Shown: positions 37,381 to 50,018 of the stretch, piece after piece
Layout of the letters: each line of letters begins with the position of its first letter
Position numbering within the stretch: position 1 is the stretch's first letter
Assembly (NCBI GenBank): GCA_004022145.1
Contig: RCNU01000003.1
DNA length: 64,000 nucleotides
Reading direction: 5' to 3' (one strand)
From: Paecilomyces variotii
Taxonomy: Eukaryota
Made by a program: the position numbers and the translations under genes
Notes under the pieces: generated by a model
The model's input: the letters and a program-made list of their open reading frames with translations, nothing else
Database searches by the model: none
Told to the model about the DNA's origin: nothing

Positions 37381-39041
37381 TTACGCAAGGTTGCGGCTCA
37401 TGTCGTTGCGGATTCTCTGGTAGTCGAGCAGACCCTCGATGCTTCCGACAGCGCTGACAGCGACATCCTGATCCCACAGCTTTCGCGTAGCAAAGTCCAT
37501 GACATCCTTCTCGGTAATCTGTCCAACGGCACGCTCAACATCCTCGGGGCTCAGTCGGCGACCGGTGGTGATGATCTGGCGACCAATGTCCTCAGCAACG
37601 GCGGTGGTTCCGTCGAGGGACAGAAGGATAGAAGCCTTCAGCTGAGCCTTGGCACGCTCGACCTCGGCGGCGCTGACGTTGAAAGACAGACGAGACCACT
37701 CACGAAGAGTGAAGTGGACGAGGTCATCGATGTTGGTAAGGTTCTCGGTGACAAGGTAGATACCCCAGAGACTTTATACGTTAGCAAAGCTTATGAATCA
37801 TGGATTAAGGTCCTCATATAACCTACCCAGTGTCGCTGTAGCTGGTGGAGAAGCTCATGAAGCTGTTGGCCAGGTTGTGGTGGTTGACGAAGGTGCTGAG
37901 CTTGCTGCCGAGGTAAGGGGAGTTGCCCATGGCACGGTCCCAGTTACCGACAATGGCCTGAGTGACGAGAGCAGTGAAGTAGTCATCGTCCTTCCAGCTA
38001 ACACCCTCGACGGCAAGGGCAATGTTAGCAGTGGGAATGGTGTCATCACGGATTCTCACTTCAGAGCCAACGAAGTCGGGAGTGCGCTTCTGCTCAGCAG
38101 CGATGGCAGAGGCAGCGGAGGAGTGAGGCTGGCTGGGAAGGTTGCCGAAGTGCTCCTCAGCAAGACGGACGAGCTGGTCGTGGGGGATACCGCCGGCACC
38201 AACGAGAACCATGCGGTCAGCGGTGTAGTTGGTCTTGATATAGTTGACCAGGTCATCACGCTGGATGCTCTGGATGTTCTCCTTGGGTCCGAGGATGGTG
38301 CGGCCGAGAGGCTGGTTCTGGAAAGCAGTAGCATGCAGGTGGTCGAAAACAACCTCCTCGAGCTGCTTGTCAACCTCCTCCTGCTCACGCAGAATCACAT
38401 CTCTCTCCCTCTCGATAGCGGCAGGCTCGAGCTTAGAGTTCTGGAGGATATCGGCAAGGATGTCGACGGCCTTTGGAACATCGGCGTTGAAGGACTTGGC
38501 GTAGTAGACAGTGTTTTCGCGCTATCAACGGCAATTAGTATCTCGAAAGAGATCTTTCCATGACGTTCCGAATATTCATACCGAGGTGTAGGCGTTGAGG
38601 TGGCCACCCATGTTCTCGATCTCCAGCTCCAATTGGTGCTGAGAGCGCTTGTTCGTGCCCTATATCACTGTCAGTCTCCATCGGTTCGCGTCAGAGTCAT
38701 AATGGTAATGTACCTTGAAGGCAAGGTGCTCGAGGAAGTGCGCAGTTCCGTTGGTCTTGTCGGTCTCAGCCCTGCTTCCGGCATCGATCCACACACCGAC
38801 GGTGGAGGTCTGCGCCCATGGCGAGTACTCAGTAGCGATCTGTATCCCATCAGCACATCGTCAATCCAATTGCTGCGACCGGAAACCGTACCGTGAGGCC
38901 ATTGGTGAGGGTCGTCGACTGGGTGGTGCTCGGGAGCGTAACCGGGGAGGCGAAACCGCGTCTGACGGGCTTCACGGCATTGATAGCAGCGCGACTCCGG
39001 AGAGCCTGGTTCAGAGAGAAAGCTAGGCGCCGGGAAGCCAT
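37381..39041 (-). CDS. MAS1: Mitochondrial processing peptidase beta subunit; 5 exons
   Basis: Presequence, [11 protein letters not shown], the inverted Zn motif [24 protein letters not shown], and C-terminal [32 protein letters not shown]. Four canonical introns. Confidence 0.93.
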
Positions 39042-40002
39042 TGTGATCGAGTGTGAGGGGAGGTTGGGGGGAGGAGATTGAGGAAGGGTGAGGCGGCGAA
39101 GAGAGTCTGTCTGCCCTGGAGTTGCGAGGTGAAGATCGGAAGTCAAATTGTTCGAAAGCTCGTCGGCCAATCACATGACCCCCTTTTCCAACTGACCCAG
39201 TATTGCCATCCCGGCCGTTCCCTACAGCAACCCCAGCGCAACACCACCAGTATGGCAGCATGGCCTATCTGCCACGCAACGACTTGGAGTAGCAAGACTT
39301 TGTTCTTTTCTTTTTCTTAAGATTCAGTGCGATCTACTAAGCTATTAATTTTTCTTTTCAAAATGTTCAATGCTTTGCAATAAGGAGTGCGTGGTGACTT
39401 TCCATTCAGCCGAGAGCAGGGTATATATATCCCGTGAGGTTTATACCTGCTGCATCATGCTTAACGACGTCACAGTATCTTCGAGATAATCTGCTATTTA
39501 TTTATGACATGTTGTCTCGATACAAACAACATTACTCGTATCCTTCTGAGTGTCAACGATTACGGTGTAGTAGACCTAGGCTTACCTGTTCATTCACTCG
39601 CCACTGCTTCCAGGACAAACTTCCAGATACTAGAGTATGGAAACAACGTCGGACCGAACCGGAGGCTTCTATATCGACACAACTGTCCCTGAGGCGAACT
39701 GTAGAAACGGGATCTATGGTTTTGGCATTCATTGTTTGCAGAATGCTGGGTTGTTTAGAAGATATAGGCTGGTGAAAATAAGCCACAGAAACAGACGACG
39801 CCATTGAACCATCCATATCTTGCGATTTGCATTCTACTCGTTTCCCGAGCAGAGTTACGATGGCGTCGCTCTCTTATTCATATAAAAAGAAGTTCACTAA
39901 GTAAGAGTCTCAGATTCAGATAATCTCTTATATCCCATCCACACCAGTTCCAGAGGTGTATTTCCCGATCCATTATACCATACACACCAAGGGTATCGCT
40001 AT

Positions 40003-40974
40003 TTATTGCACAAATCGACTAGCATACTGCCTGAGGTTCTCCCTGAACGGAACATCGTCGACGAATCCCAGCTGCTTTGCGCGAGTGGTGTTGAAATTTG
40101 GAGACCATGACTGCACGATCTTGTCGATGTCGGCGTCGTACCTCTCTTCCACCAGGGCACGTCTCTCCTTACCACCAATTTCCTCCAAGGCGTCCAGCAT
40201 TTCTTGGACAGTCACTTTCAGTCCAGGCAGATTCACTGATCGAGACTCTCCAAATGCCTCCTTGGGTATATCCTTGGCGTGCACAAGATTCCTGACCACC
40301 GTGTATGGCGAGCAAATCCACAACTCGGTCTCCTTGCTGACGGGAAGTATTGCTTTCTGTCCGTTGAATGGCTCTCGAATGATGTCGCTCGCGAAGCTAC
40401 TCGCGGCCTGTGTCGGCCGTCCTGCTCGGACAGTGACTGTGGGCAGTCTCACAGCGCGTCCATCCAGGTATCCCTTCCTGGAGTAGTCGTTGAGGAGGAT
40501 TTCGACGATAAGTTTCTGTGAACCGTAGGAAGAGGAGGGCATGGGTGGGAGGTTGGTCTCGTCGATCACGTATCCTTTCGGGGTCGGACCGTAGACGGCT
40601 AGGGATGAGGTAAATATGACCTTGACACCGGGCATGGTGGCACGCAGACGATCCAGCATATATCGTGTCGCATCCAGATTCACATGCAGTCCCAACTCGA
40701 AGTTGGCCTCCGCGCCGCTGGACATGATCCCATGAAGCAGGTAAACCGTACTATACGGGTTGGAATCCTTGATGATCGTATCGACGACCTGCGTCGATGT
40801 AAGGTCCGCTTGGACGCTCCTCAAGCGGTAGGCATGCTGGGCCGCCGACGCAGGTATCTGAGGCGCAACGACATCAGTAATTGTGATGATAGTCTCTGGA
40901 GGGGTAGCGTGGAGGAGAGCAGAGGTCAATTCCTGCCCGACGTAACCATTCGCACCGGTGATGAGGATAGACAT
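40003..40974 (-). CDS. Extended SDR / NAD-dependent epimerase (D-erythronate dehydrogenase-like); intronless
   Basis: ILITGANGYVG, HGIMSSGAEANFELG, FTSSLAVYG, YGSQK (YxxxK), RLPTVTVRAG and AASSFASDIIREP. Confidence 0.88.
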   Translation of the reverse strand: MSILITGANGYVGQELTSALLHATPPETIITITDVVAPQIPASAAQHAYRLRSVQADLTSTQVVDTIIKDSNPYSTVYLLHGIMSSGAEANFELGLHVNLDATRYMLDRLRATMPGVKVIFTSSLAVYGPTPKGYVIDETNLPPMPSSSYGSQKLIVEILLNDYSRKGYLDGRAVRLPTVTVRAGRPTQAASSFASDIIREPFNGQKAILPVSKETELWICSPYTVVRNLVHAKDIPKEAFGESRSVNLPGLKVTVQEMLDALEEIGGKERRALVEERYDADIDKIVQSWSPNFNTTRAKQLGFVDDVPFRENLRQYASRFVQ

Positions 40975-42499
40975 GGCTTCACTGGACGCCTGCTAGGACG
41001 GAGCGCTTCTCGAAGGTCCAAACGAGTATGGAAAGAAGGGAAAGCCTTCACTCTCTCTGTTCCTGTCTGCCATTTTTCTCTGTTCTCGTCTGGTCCCAAC
41101 CAACAGAGCTGGCCAGTTCAAATAGCGCAAGCAATTGCGGGGTTAGGGCGGAGAGTTTAACAACAGCCGTGGAAGAGGATAGGAGCATCTCCGTGCCGGC
41201 GTCTTGCTCTCTTCAGTGGGTCGCGGGGAGGACGAACAGGAAGTCAGCATGATTGACAATATTAATAGACCCGAGAAAACTCCAGGGCTAGGGCCCCTTC
41301 GCGGCGCATTCGGTCGCCGCGAAATCCGACGCCGGTCAGCAACAGGCACAAGCGCTAGTTAGTTAATCAGACCTGGATGTGCGCTGTGTAGACCACCGAG
41401 TGGACGGTATATACTTAGTTGGGTATGCCTGGGGAGGGGTGTCTGTCAGTCGCGCTCGCCACCAAAGGGATAACTACCGTCAGGCGTGCTGGAAAGAATG
41501 CCATCTCATCCTTGTTGCCTCTTCCTATGGTATGGCAGTGTTCGACGGGCAGAACTCGGCTGTAGGATCCCCGTTCGCCGTGATTAATCCGTAGGACCAG
41601 CGATAGTTAGCGGGAGAGGAAAGCTCATAAGGTTGTTGTTGGAGACATATGATCGTAGAGGGGGACGATCTTGGCAGCTAACCACGTTAAAGCTTTCAAC
41701 ATTTACTTGTACGACGCCTGACGACCACAAGGCGATCGTCCATCCCGGTCTGGCTGGTTTTTCCCGTGCTATAAAGAAGATGTTCCACATATTCTCCGAG
41801 AGATAGCCGTTGGCAGCAGATCTTCAAGGATCATCTTCCGGGCAAGCATCGAATCTGCTAAATTATGGCTGCAACATGTAGGATAGGAAAAAGCTACTAA
41901 CGAGCACATCCTTGAAGTAGTTAGGCCCAATAGTGAGGATACGAAGCTCATACATTATTAGACGTTGCAAACTGGTGGTTAGTAACCTGATATTGGGAAG
42001 TACGTCTAGAATAAAAGAACATGGCCAATTCCTTTTTCAATCACATGCTTCACGAGAACAGCCATGTCTTACGAACTACACAATGCATACCCAGGCGGTG
42101 CCCATGACCCTTGAGAATATGGCAGAGATAGTCGGCCATTCAAACAGTTCTAATCTGCTGAACCAAGCGGCAGCATGCGCTCATGTTAGAAGTTCCCGTT
42201 TACCATATCGAAGATCAATATAACGGTGGATAGCTTTTTCTTTTCCCGGAGGAGAGCATTAACGTAATTGTTGCAAGACTGCCGCACTTTTGTTTTCAAA
42301 GCAGGAGAATCGCTTGGATCCGAGCGAGACCAGACACCTGAAGCTTCCTGTGACTTAAAACGAAGAAAATACACGTGCAACCTTGGAAGATAGTGAACAA
42401 GAAGATTTCAAAAATACAGCACACACATCACTAGACGCCAGAAGAGACATATATCACCAGACATGAAAGAGCAAGATACAAAACTATCTATGCGGATAT

Positions 42500-43717
42500 C
42501 TATGCGGAGCGCTTGTAGATACCAGCCACGATACAGTGGTCACGCTCGAAGGGTTCTATCACAAGTGTTAGCAATCAGCGTTGTCTCACGGTAACGGCAT
42601 GCATAGTACTTACCCAGCGTCAGCTGTTCCTTGGGCTTTATCCGCTCCTCTCTCATCTTCTGGACCTCTCTGGCGAACACAACCTCGGGCTTGGCGGTAC
42701 TGTCGATACAGCTGGCCTTGATGGAGATGATGACACCACCGCCTTCCTTCAGGAACTGGTGGGCATTGAGACCCACGATACGGGCCTGGTCAGGCTGGGC
42801 AACGTCTGCGAAGATGACATCGACCATGCTGACGAGCATCCGGTAGCGGAGAGGGTGTCTGGCATCCTCAACAATGGGGATGACGTTGGTACGGTGGGTA
42901 GCCATGCCAATCAGGTCACGGCCGGAACGGTGAGAGAACTCGACAGCGTACACAGTTCCAGTAGGTCCGACAATATCAGCAACGTGACTGACGGAAGTAC
43001 CGCTGGCAGCACCCAGGTACAGAACCTTGGAGCCGGGGCGCATGTAGATGTCATCCATACCACCCAGAATACCGGCAGCCAGCTTGGAACGGAAAGGGTT
43101 CCAGACACGGTATTCGACCTTGGTAGTAGCGCCATCTTCCCCAGTAGACGGGGCCTCAACCGAGATACGCTTCTCGCCGTAAACAGCCTCTCCGGGGGTC
43201 AGGTTCCTGGTGACCAGCAGGTCTTCCTTACCGCCGCGGGCAACGAAGACACCGGCATGACGGTGAGGCTCCTAGAAATGACGGTGTAAGTCAACTGCCA
43301 GAAAATTCGCATAGGAGTTGTGATTGAACTTACAATGATGACCTTGGCACCACCCTTGACACCGGGCTTGCCGCCGCGACCACCACCACGACCACCTCTG
43401 GGAGCACCGCGACCACCACGGCCGCCTCCACGGGGTCCTCCACGGCCACGGGGGGCACCACCTGTGTAACAGAACGAGCAGATTAGCCTCGTGGTCACAG
43501 ACTAGGACAACTAGAGGTACGTGATCTCAAGGTCACTTCTCCCTAAGGAGGAAGATAATCCCATAGCATCGAGTACCAATGGACAGTCCTTCAGCTTTGC
43601 AGGAAATGGATATAACAAACCTCTGCCACCGCGACCACCAAAGCCACCACCTCCTCGAGGGGCACCACGGCCACCACGAGCCGGTCCACCGCGTCCTCTA
43701 GGAGCTCCAAATGCCAT
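42500..43717 (-). CDS. NOP1: Fibrillarin, rRNA 2'-O-methyltransferase; 4 exons
   Basis: GAR-rich N-terminus, [44 protein letters not shown] and EQLTL|EPFERDH. Confidence 0.96.
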
Positions 43718-44527
43718 TATGTCTGTATGTAAAGTTGACCGTTACAACGTTCGAACTGATGAAAGACGTTCGTGCCGTAGAGGGACCGTCGTCGATGAAA
43801 GTAGGTCCCGAGGGGAGAAAATTTGCTGACTCCGGTTAAGACGAGGAAGACACTGGATCGCAAGTGGCTCAGAAATCGAGAACCTGACCTGCTTCAAATG
43901 TCACAGGTGAAAATGGTATCAGGTTTCTATCGAAGCCGTCGCAGGTGCTCGTCGTTGCCGCGCTCGAGATTTTCAGACTTTTGAGCTTTTCGGTTTCTCG
44001 AAAATCAAATACGCTAAACCCGTCGTGGGCTAGCGTACCGCTGCCCGGCACCGCTTCTGGCCTGTGTGGGAAAGCAACTATCATCACGTGAGGTTGAAAA
44101 CCTCTGCCGATAGCGAGGTCACGGGATAACCGTTAACCCTATCAGCGGTCGCCGCCAGTCGAGGTGCGTGGAGTGGTTCCAAGTTGTATCCAAAGTCATT
44201 GTTGTCGCTTTGAGAGAGTCTACTACTACGTACTCTGATTCGCGCTATCTTATCTCTGACTCAAATATGTATTCTGAAATAAGGAAACCCGAGATTGAAT
44301 CGGTACCTTATGATCTGCACAAGAATGAAGATAAAAACGTGCTATTATTTGATGACCGATGGACGGCTCATTGGAACAAGGTATGTGAATAAAACCAGGA
44401 GAAAAGGGGAATAACCATTCCACAAAAAGAAATCGAAGAACACAGGTCACCAGCTCTGCTGCAGACAATGCCAAATTCAGAACGCTCAGACAGCTGCTAG
44501 GCAATAACCGATCACGAAACAAGTGAA

Positions 44528-45394
44528 CTAGCCATAGAAGTAATAATCTGCCGAATATTGGACAGTAAAGGTCTTACCCATACCCTCACACGTTGCTGGA
44601 GGATTGCCGCCCGCCGTGTTTACGCGGTAGACAGACTTGTAGTCGCCGACAGTACCATTAATGGTATCCAAGTAGAGCCAGGCCACTGCGCCATTCCCGG
44701 TATTATGTTGACCCTTCACGGCATCAGTGGGGGCGCTCATAGATGAGTTCTTTTTGCTGATTGCGATGCCATACTGCCGCTCGGGCGTGGTGTCCAGGTT
44801 GAATACCGGCGTAGTGGTGTCTCTGAAGAAGTGATGGCCGAGCAACTCGAGGTTGGCAGGTGGAAGTGTGGAGGAGGACTTGGTAGGTAGGGCGATGTTA
44901 ATCACGACATTCGGTGCCATTGACATTAGATCTGGGTAATTTGCAGCAACGCAGGTGGCGTTGTAGAGACTGGCAAGAGCACCGATAGCCACAGGCTTAG
45001 TATTGGCTGTTGAGTCGGCGCAGGTATAGTTCTATACACATGTAGTTGTTAGCCTGATGGACTATTTACAGTAGTGATACCATGGCTGTATATCGCGAGC
45101 GAGCAATAGAGAAATACATACCTGTGTCCCTCGACCAACTGCAACATGTAACACTTTCTGCCCCGCTGGTGGAGCAGGCAGCCCGCTTGCCTGGGCGGGC
45201 AATGCGATCTTCGATGTATCGCACGTTGGAGATGCAGTGGATGCTTGTCGTATCTCGCCAATGTAGTGACTGACTCTTGAGTAGAATTCTGCGAGCTCGG
45301 CAGAATACCCATAGACATTGTTCCGGACAATGTTAGACGGGGCTGCAGCAACGCTCGCCACCAGGGACGCAACAAGGACAGGCAAGTACCGCAT
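44528..45394 (-). CDS. Secreted DUF3455-like protein (family often labelled 'malate dehydrogenase' in annotations); 2 exons
   Basis: Signal peptide MRYLPVLVASLVASVAAAP; 'HVAVGRGTQ|NYTCA', 'GHHFF', 'AVAWLYL', 'VYRVNTAGGNPP..C' and 'VQYSADYYFYG'. Confidence 0.85.
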
Positions 45395-48114
45395 CGCTAA
45401 CAATGGCCTTGTAAATGTTTTTGACGTTGGAAAATTTGAGTTGTTGAAAGCAGCAAAGGAAATTCAAGAGCAAGACAAGTTGTAGTAGTTCAATACGAAA
45501 TAGCAAGGGTTTGAACAAACGATATTTCGCAGATAGATGTGCTGCTCATATGCGCAAGGAAAGGATAACAAGAAAAATCTAAGGTAAATCGTGACTGACT
45601 CAAAGAAATACTGTAAAGGAGTAAGGAAATACAAAATAGGAACTTGATCCAGAGAAATCATGATGGAAGGTGCAGTCGTTGAACCTGTATATGTATGATC
45701 CCCAAGACGATGAACTATCTACTAGAGCCTCTCTGCACATAGCAAGAATAGAAACGACTAATTAAACCCAAACAGCGTATTCTATTAACAGTCATAATGG
45801 AGGGTCCTGGCGCCAACAGTACATCGAGATCGTGATCTTTTCATTGGCACCCCTACGCGCCGACCTGAGGTGGTTGGTTGAGAGTTGACGCCCGGCTTGC
45901 GGTAACATGCACTAAGAGGGCGGGGCATGTTGCTCCCTGGCCATCGCTTGTTTACTGGCCAACACCCCGATTCCAACATCTGGAGGCCATCTTGGTTCGA
46001 ACTACGAGAAGTCCTATAATCGGTAGTTCCTAATTTGGAGCATGCTAGCAGGAATCAGGTCACTGAAAAACCAGGCGCTATCTGCTACGAAGCCTAAGCA
46101 TCCTCTTCCCATAATGGAATTAGTACGTTTCTAGTGATTTTGCCTGCCCCTGTCTGACCCCGACCGCGAGAAAAGACTCTGTTGTTCATCAAGGTAGCGT
46201 ATGCATGGACAATTTGATTAGAATAGATTGCGGACGCCTTGATATGTGCAAGGAGCTGACCGTGTAGAATAAGTCTTAACAATACCTAACCACCATACCC
46301 AGCCTATCTTATGTAGATACCTAATCCAGGTATACGTGATATATGTAACTGTAGTTCTGCAATTATGACCGAATGAGTGATCACAGAGAAGATAGCGGAG
46401 TTACACCTGATAATACAGCATGGACCAAGGGCAGCACTTTGCTGCGTGATCTGCCCGGGTACAACGATAACCTGTAGATCCGGCTGGCGGTTACCGACTG
46501 GCGAACAGCGATCGAGAGACAGTAGTCCCGATCATAACAAGGTCAAATAAGCCCGCTCTCAGATCTGGATATTAATGCAGCTCTTTCTCGGTGGCTTACA
46601 CCGAATCTTCCGCGCTACGGACATACGGGGATGGGATATCCAATCGATGTATGAAGCTCTACTGAACCTGAAGCAGGACGGCTGATCTAGTCGTTAGCGC
46701 TGATGTCAAAAATAGAACCGGGGCGCCTTCGTTCGTCTCCGCGTCTTATCTCCATTGTAATAGATCTAGCACATGGGGTCACAGCTTCTCTGGTCACCGA
46801 TTGGCTCGATATGTGCTGCATACTGAGTCTCATATCGAGCACAGTGATATATTGGTGGCTTTTGTGCATGTGCTCTTCTCAAAAAATGAAATAGTCTCTG
46901 TAACCTTGGAAGCCAAACATAGCAGCTTAATGCAGCTTAGTCTCTTTCGGGAGTGGTATACACAGTTCCAATGTTGATAATCTGTAGGCATGCTCTAAGA
47001 TTAAATGCGGGCCTCTCATAAATCACATACGTACTTGGTATTCAGATAAGAGAACATACGACCAGCTGTCGGATGACTGGTTAGGTACCTATCATTAGCT
47101 GTGAACTTATCCACCTAAGCTCTACGGAGGAGCCTGATAAATGATGAAGGATGAAAAGCCCAGGACTTCCACCCAGGTCTTCATGGCGGCTAGAGAAATG
47201 AAAGCGAAACAGAAAAAGCAGACTAAGAAGGTCGTGTTGCATCGAGATAGGGCGGCATTGGGCCACGGGCACTCTCATGGACTATATCCTTTTACGGAGG
47301 CAAGCTAGTTGCATTATTGCAGGCACTAATCTCGATCACTGGGTCCCAAAGTGCATTAACTTGCTTGTTTGTTCGTGCGGAACGCTCTGTTCGCGCCAGA
47401 CAAAATATCAGGATATCTCGTGAGACAATATGTGATCTGTTCGGGTGGGGTTCCTTCTTCCTCAGCTCAAGAAACGAGGGAGACTACGGTTCCTGTTGAT
47501 GTGATGGTAGGGATGCTCAGGACTGGCGCCTTATACTTGCCGTCTGAGTCGAGTGTGTGGACATGCGTATTCCGTGGCAGAGTTCCAAGTCAGGGGAATG
47601 GATGAAGGTAGACACCAATACAACTCTCTAAAAGATAGCATACACAGAGAATAACAAAGAAAGTAGCTATCCCATTTGACGTAGTCACCACCGGATCAGG
47701 TGGCATTTACCGACCTAGTGGTGCTTCGGTCCGGACTCAATTAGCGGAGTGGTCTCATGCAAGCAATGTGACTATTATCGTCGAAGCAAGACCAAATCTA
47801 TCATCGTCCTCTGTCCCGTGCAATATGTAGCCCAGGCCCCACAGTAAAGTATCACAGAACATAGTCTGATGTATTCAAATGGAGCTGTTACACCATAAAC
47901 GCCCGTAACCCAGACCATTTCCGCCGTGAAGTTGTGCCTGGCTGGTAGAAAACGACAGAATACCTGGCAAGGCTCGCACCAGGCCTGCAACAAGCGATTA
48001 TAGTCATTTCCTGATTGCTGGTATGGCAAAAGCATACAGCATGCAGCTGCTTGTTACAACTGAGGACCTTGAGTCCACCCTGTTATCCAAGAAATATCGA
48101 GCACGCTCAAGCCA

Positions 48115-48498
48115 TTATCGCCGGAACGAGTCTTCCACAATACCACCTCTGCGCTCAATCTCTGCGATAAGATTCCTCCTCTCTTGCAGCTGCAAGTGCA
48201 TGAATTCGACTGTCTTCTTTAAGACTATGCTCTCGCTGCGGCCTTGGCCTTCAAGACCCGGCACTAGTTCAGTCAATCGATCGAACCCTTCCCGAATTGC
48301 GGCGCGGCGTTTCTGTTCGGAAGCAATGTGGTTGTTCTTCTTCTCTTGTTCAGTGAGCCGCGGCTTATCCTTGTCGGCAGCGGACGCTGCTGCTGGATTT
48401 GATGAGTCTGCGCCACTTGCCCTTCCGGCTGGCGCTGGAGATGATGACGGATCAGGCGAGATCGAAGAGACGGAAGCAGGTGGTTGTGCAGATGGCAT
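48115..48498 (-). CDS. Small bHLH transcription factor (Ino4/Max-like)
   Basis: KKNNHIASEQKRRAAIREGFDRLTELVP...SESIVLKKTVEFM. First in-frame ATG at 48498. Confidence 0.88.
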   Translation of the reverse strand: MPSAQPPASVSSISPDPSSSPAPAGRASGADSSNPAAASAADKDKPRLTEQEKKNNHIASEQKRRAAIREGFDRLTELVPGLEGQGRSESIVLKKTVEFMHLQLQERRNLIAEIERRGGIVEDSFRR

Positions 48499-49158
48499 GG
48501 TGGATGTGGCACGTCTGCACGTGTCTCGAGCGTCAAAGATCTCCGATCGCAAATGGGGCGGACCAGGGTCTAGGGGTCAAAGATCGCGATAATCGCTCCC
48601 AGATGCATCAAGGGAACACGAGGGTTCGTTAGGGAGGCGCTGGATGCTAGCCAGCCAGGCGCGTCGACGCCTCTCTGGTTCTGGTCACTCGTGGATGAGG
48701 TTGACGGTGACACAGAGACAGAGACAGGAACATTGTTGTCTGCCGGATAAGGTGATCTTGTGGTGGACGCTGCCAAAAGTGCGGAGTAGTCTAGTCTACT
48801 GTAGTCTAAAGATACATAAGTAACCTAGGCAAGTTTTAAGGTTGTCGGGCGATGTCCCGCTCTGGCCCGGGCTAACCTAAGTACATACTCTTAGTGGTTT
48901 GTTTCAATTGGGCTGGAATCGATCCGGAGAGAGTACTTAGCGATGCACGTCATCGTCTCCTCTGTAAGACTAGCGCTGGTTTCCGCTGATTTCCTGCGAG
49001 CACGATCGTTTTCCATTTCTCTCTATTGCTATCAGCAGTCTCCTCACTGTCGATCTCGACTGATACTGTTTATCTAGAGCAGCACTCGCAAGCTTCACAG
49101 TTCGGTTGTTCACAATTGCTGGATCGTACATACCTATACTTCCCGGAGCAATCTGAAC

Positions 49159-50018
49159 ATGAGCCACCGCCACTTGCGAGGAGGCTGCGCTTGCGGTCGA
49201 AACCAATACATGATTATAGTACCTGAAGGTGTCACAGAGGAAGCTGCCCAGGTTTATTTTGACAGTGGTAGAGACCACCGTAAGTTGCCTTGTCTAGCAT
49301 GTTTGCCTTCAGTTATAGATAAACTGACCGGTAGTCTCATCTCTCAGGTCGATCCATCGGCGCACCACTTTCAGTCTGGCTGCGAGTTCCGTTGGCGTGG
49401 TATCAATCAAACACACGATCCTATTATCCAGACGAATCTCACAACTCTATCCGTCGTACATTCACTCCTCTACACGCTCCTCATAGCCAGCGTAGCTTCT
49501 GCGGTTTCTGCGGCACTCCTTTGACATACTGGACAGAACTGCCACCCGAGGAGGCGGACTTTATGTCTATATCGGTTGGCAGTCTACGTGGAGATGACCA
49601 AAGGCTATTGGAGGATCTCAAGCTCCTTCCAGATGATGTGGATGACGAGGCACTGGATGCGCAGGCGGCCATAACTAGGAGAAACCCCCCATTGTCTGCT
49701 CCCACCGTATCATCCACTGCCGACGTTTCAGACTTCTCGAGAAGCTACAGTCAGGGCACCGTAGGCGGTATTCCGTGGTTTGAGGAAATGATCGAGGGTA
49801 GCCGCCTAGGTCGCTTGATGAGGAGTCGACGAGGAGTCGGTAGGAGCGATGACCAGGCCACCACAATCGAATGGGAGATCACGGAATGGCGTGATGAGGG
49901 ACCTACTGAGGAGCTGGAAATCAATACTGACTCTTCAACTCGAAATGTTATCTCAAAGAGGAAGCATGAACAAACTACAGGGGAAGGTCGCTCATCTCAG
50001 TTCCGGACGGACTTATAA
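49159..50018 (+). CDS. GFA/CENP-V (Mss4-like) domain protein; 2 exons
   Basis: LRGGCACGRNQY and RSFCGFCGTPL. Intron 49280-49347 joins the ORFs (DH|RRSIGAPLSVWLRVP). Confidence 0.8.

Noticed and set aside
43462-43620. Fibrillarin intron 1 (and LSM7 intron 1, 11600-11798) as snoRNA hosts
   Set aside because: I saw no convincing C box (RTGATGA) with a terminal D box and stem, and no H/ACA layout.
46380-46440. ACAGAGAAGATAGC...AGCATGG resembling the U6 snRNA core
   Set aside because: The spacing and the rest of U6 (5' stem, internal stem-loop, U-rich tail) are absent; probably a chance match.
47054-47090. ACATACGACCA, identical to the start of ascomycete 5S rRNA
   Set aside because: Similarity ends after 11 nt, with no 120-nt body or internal control region.
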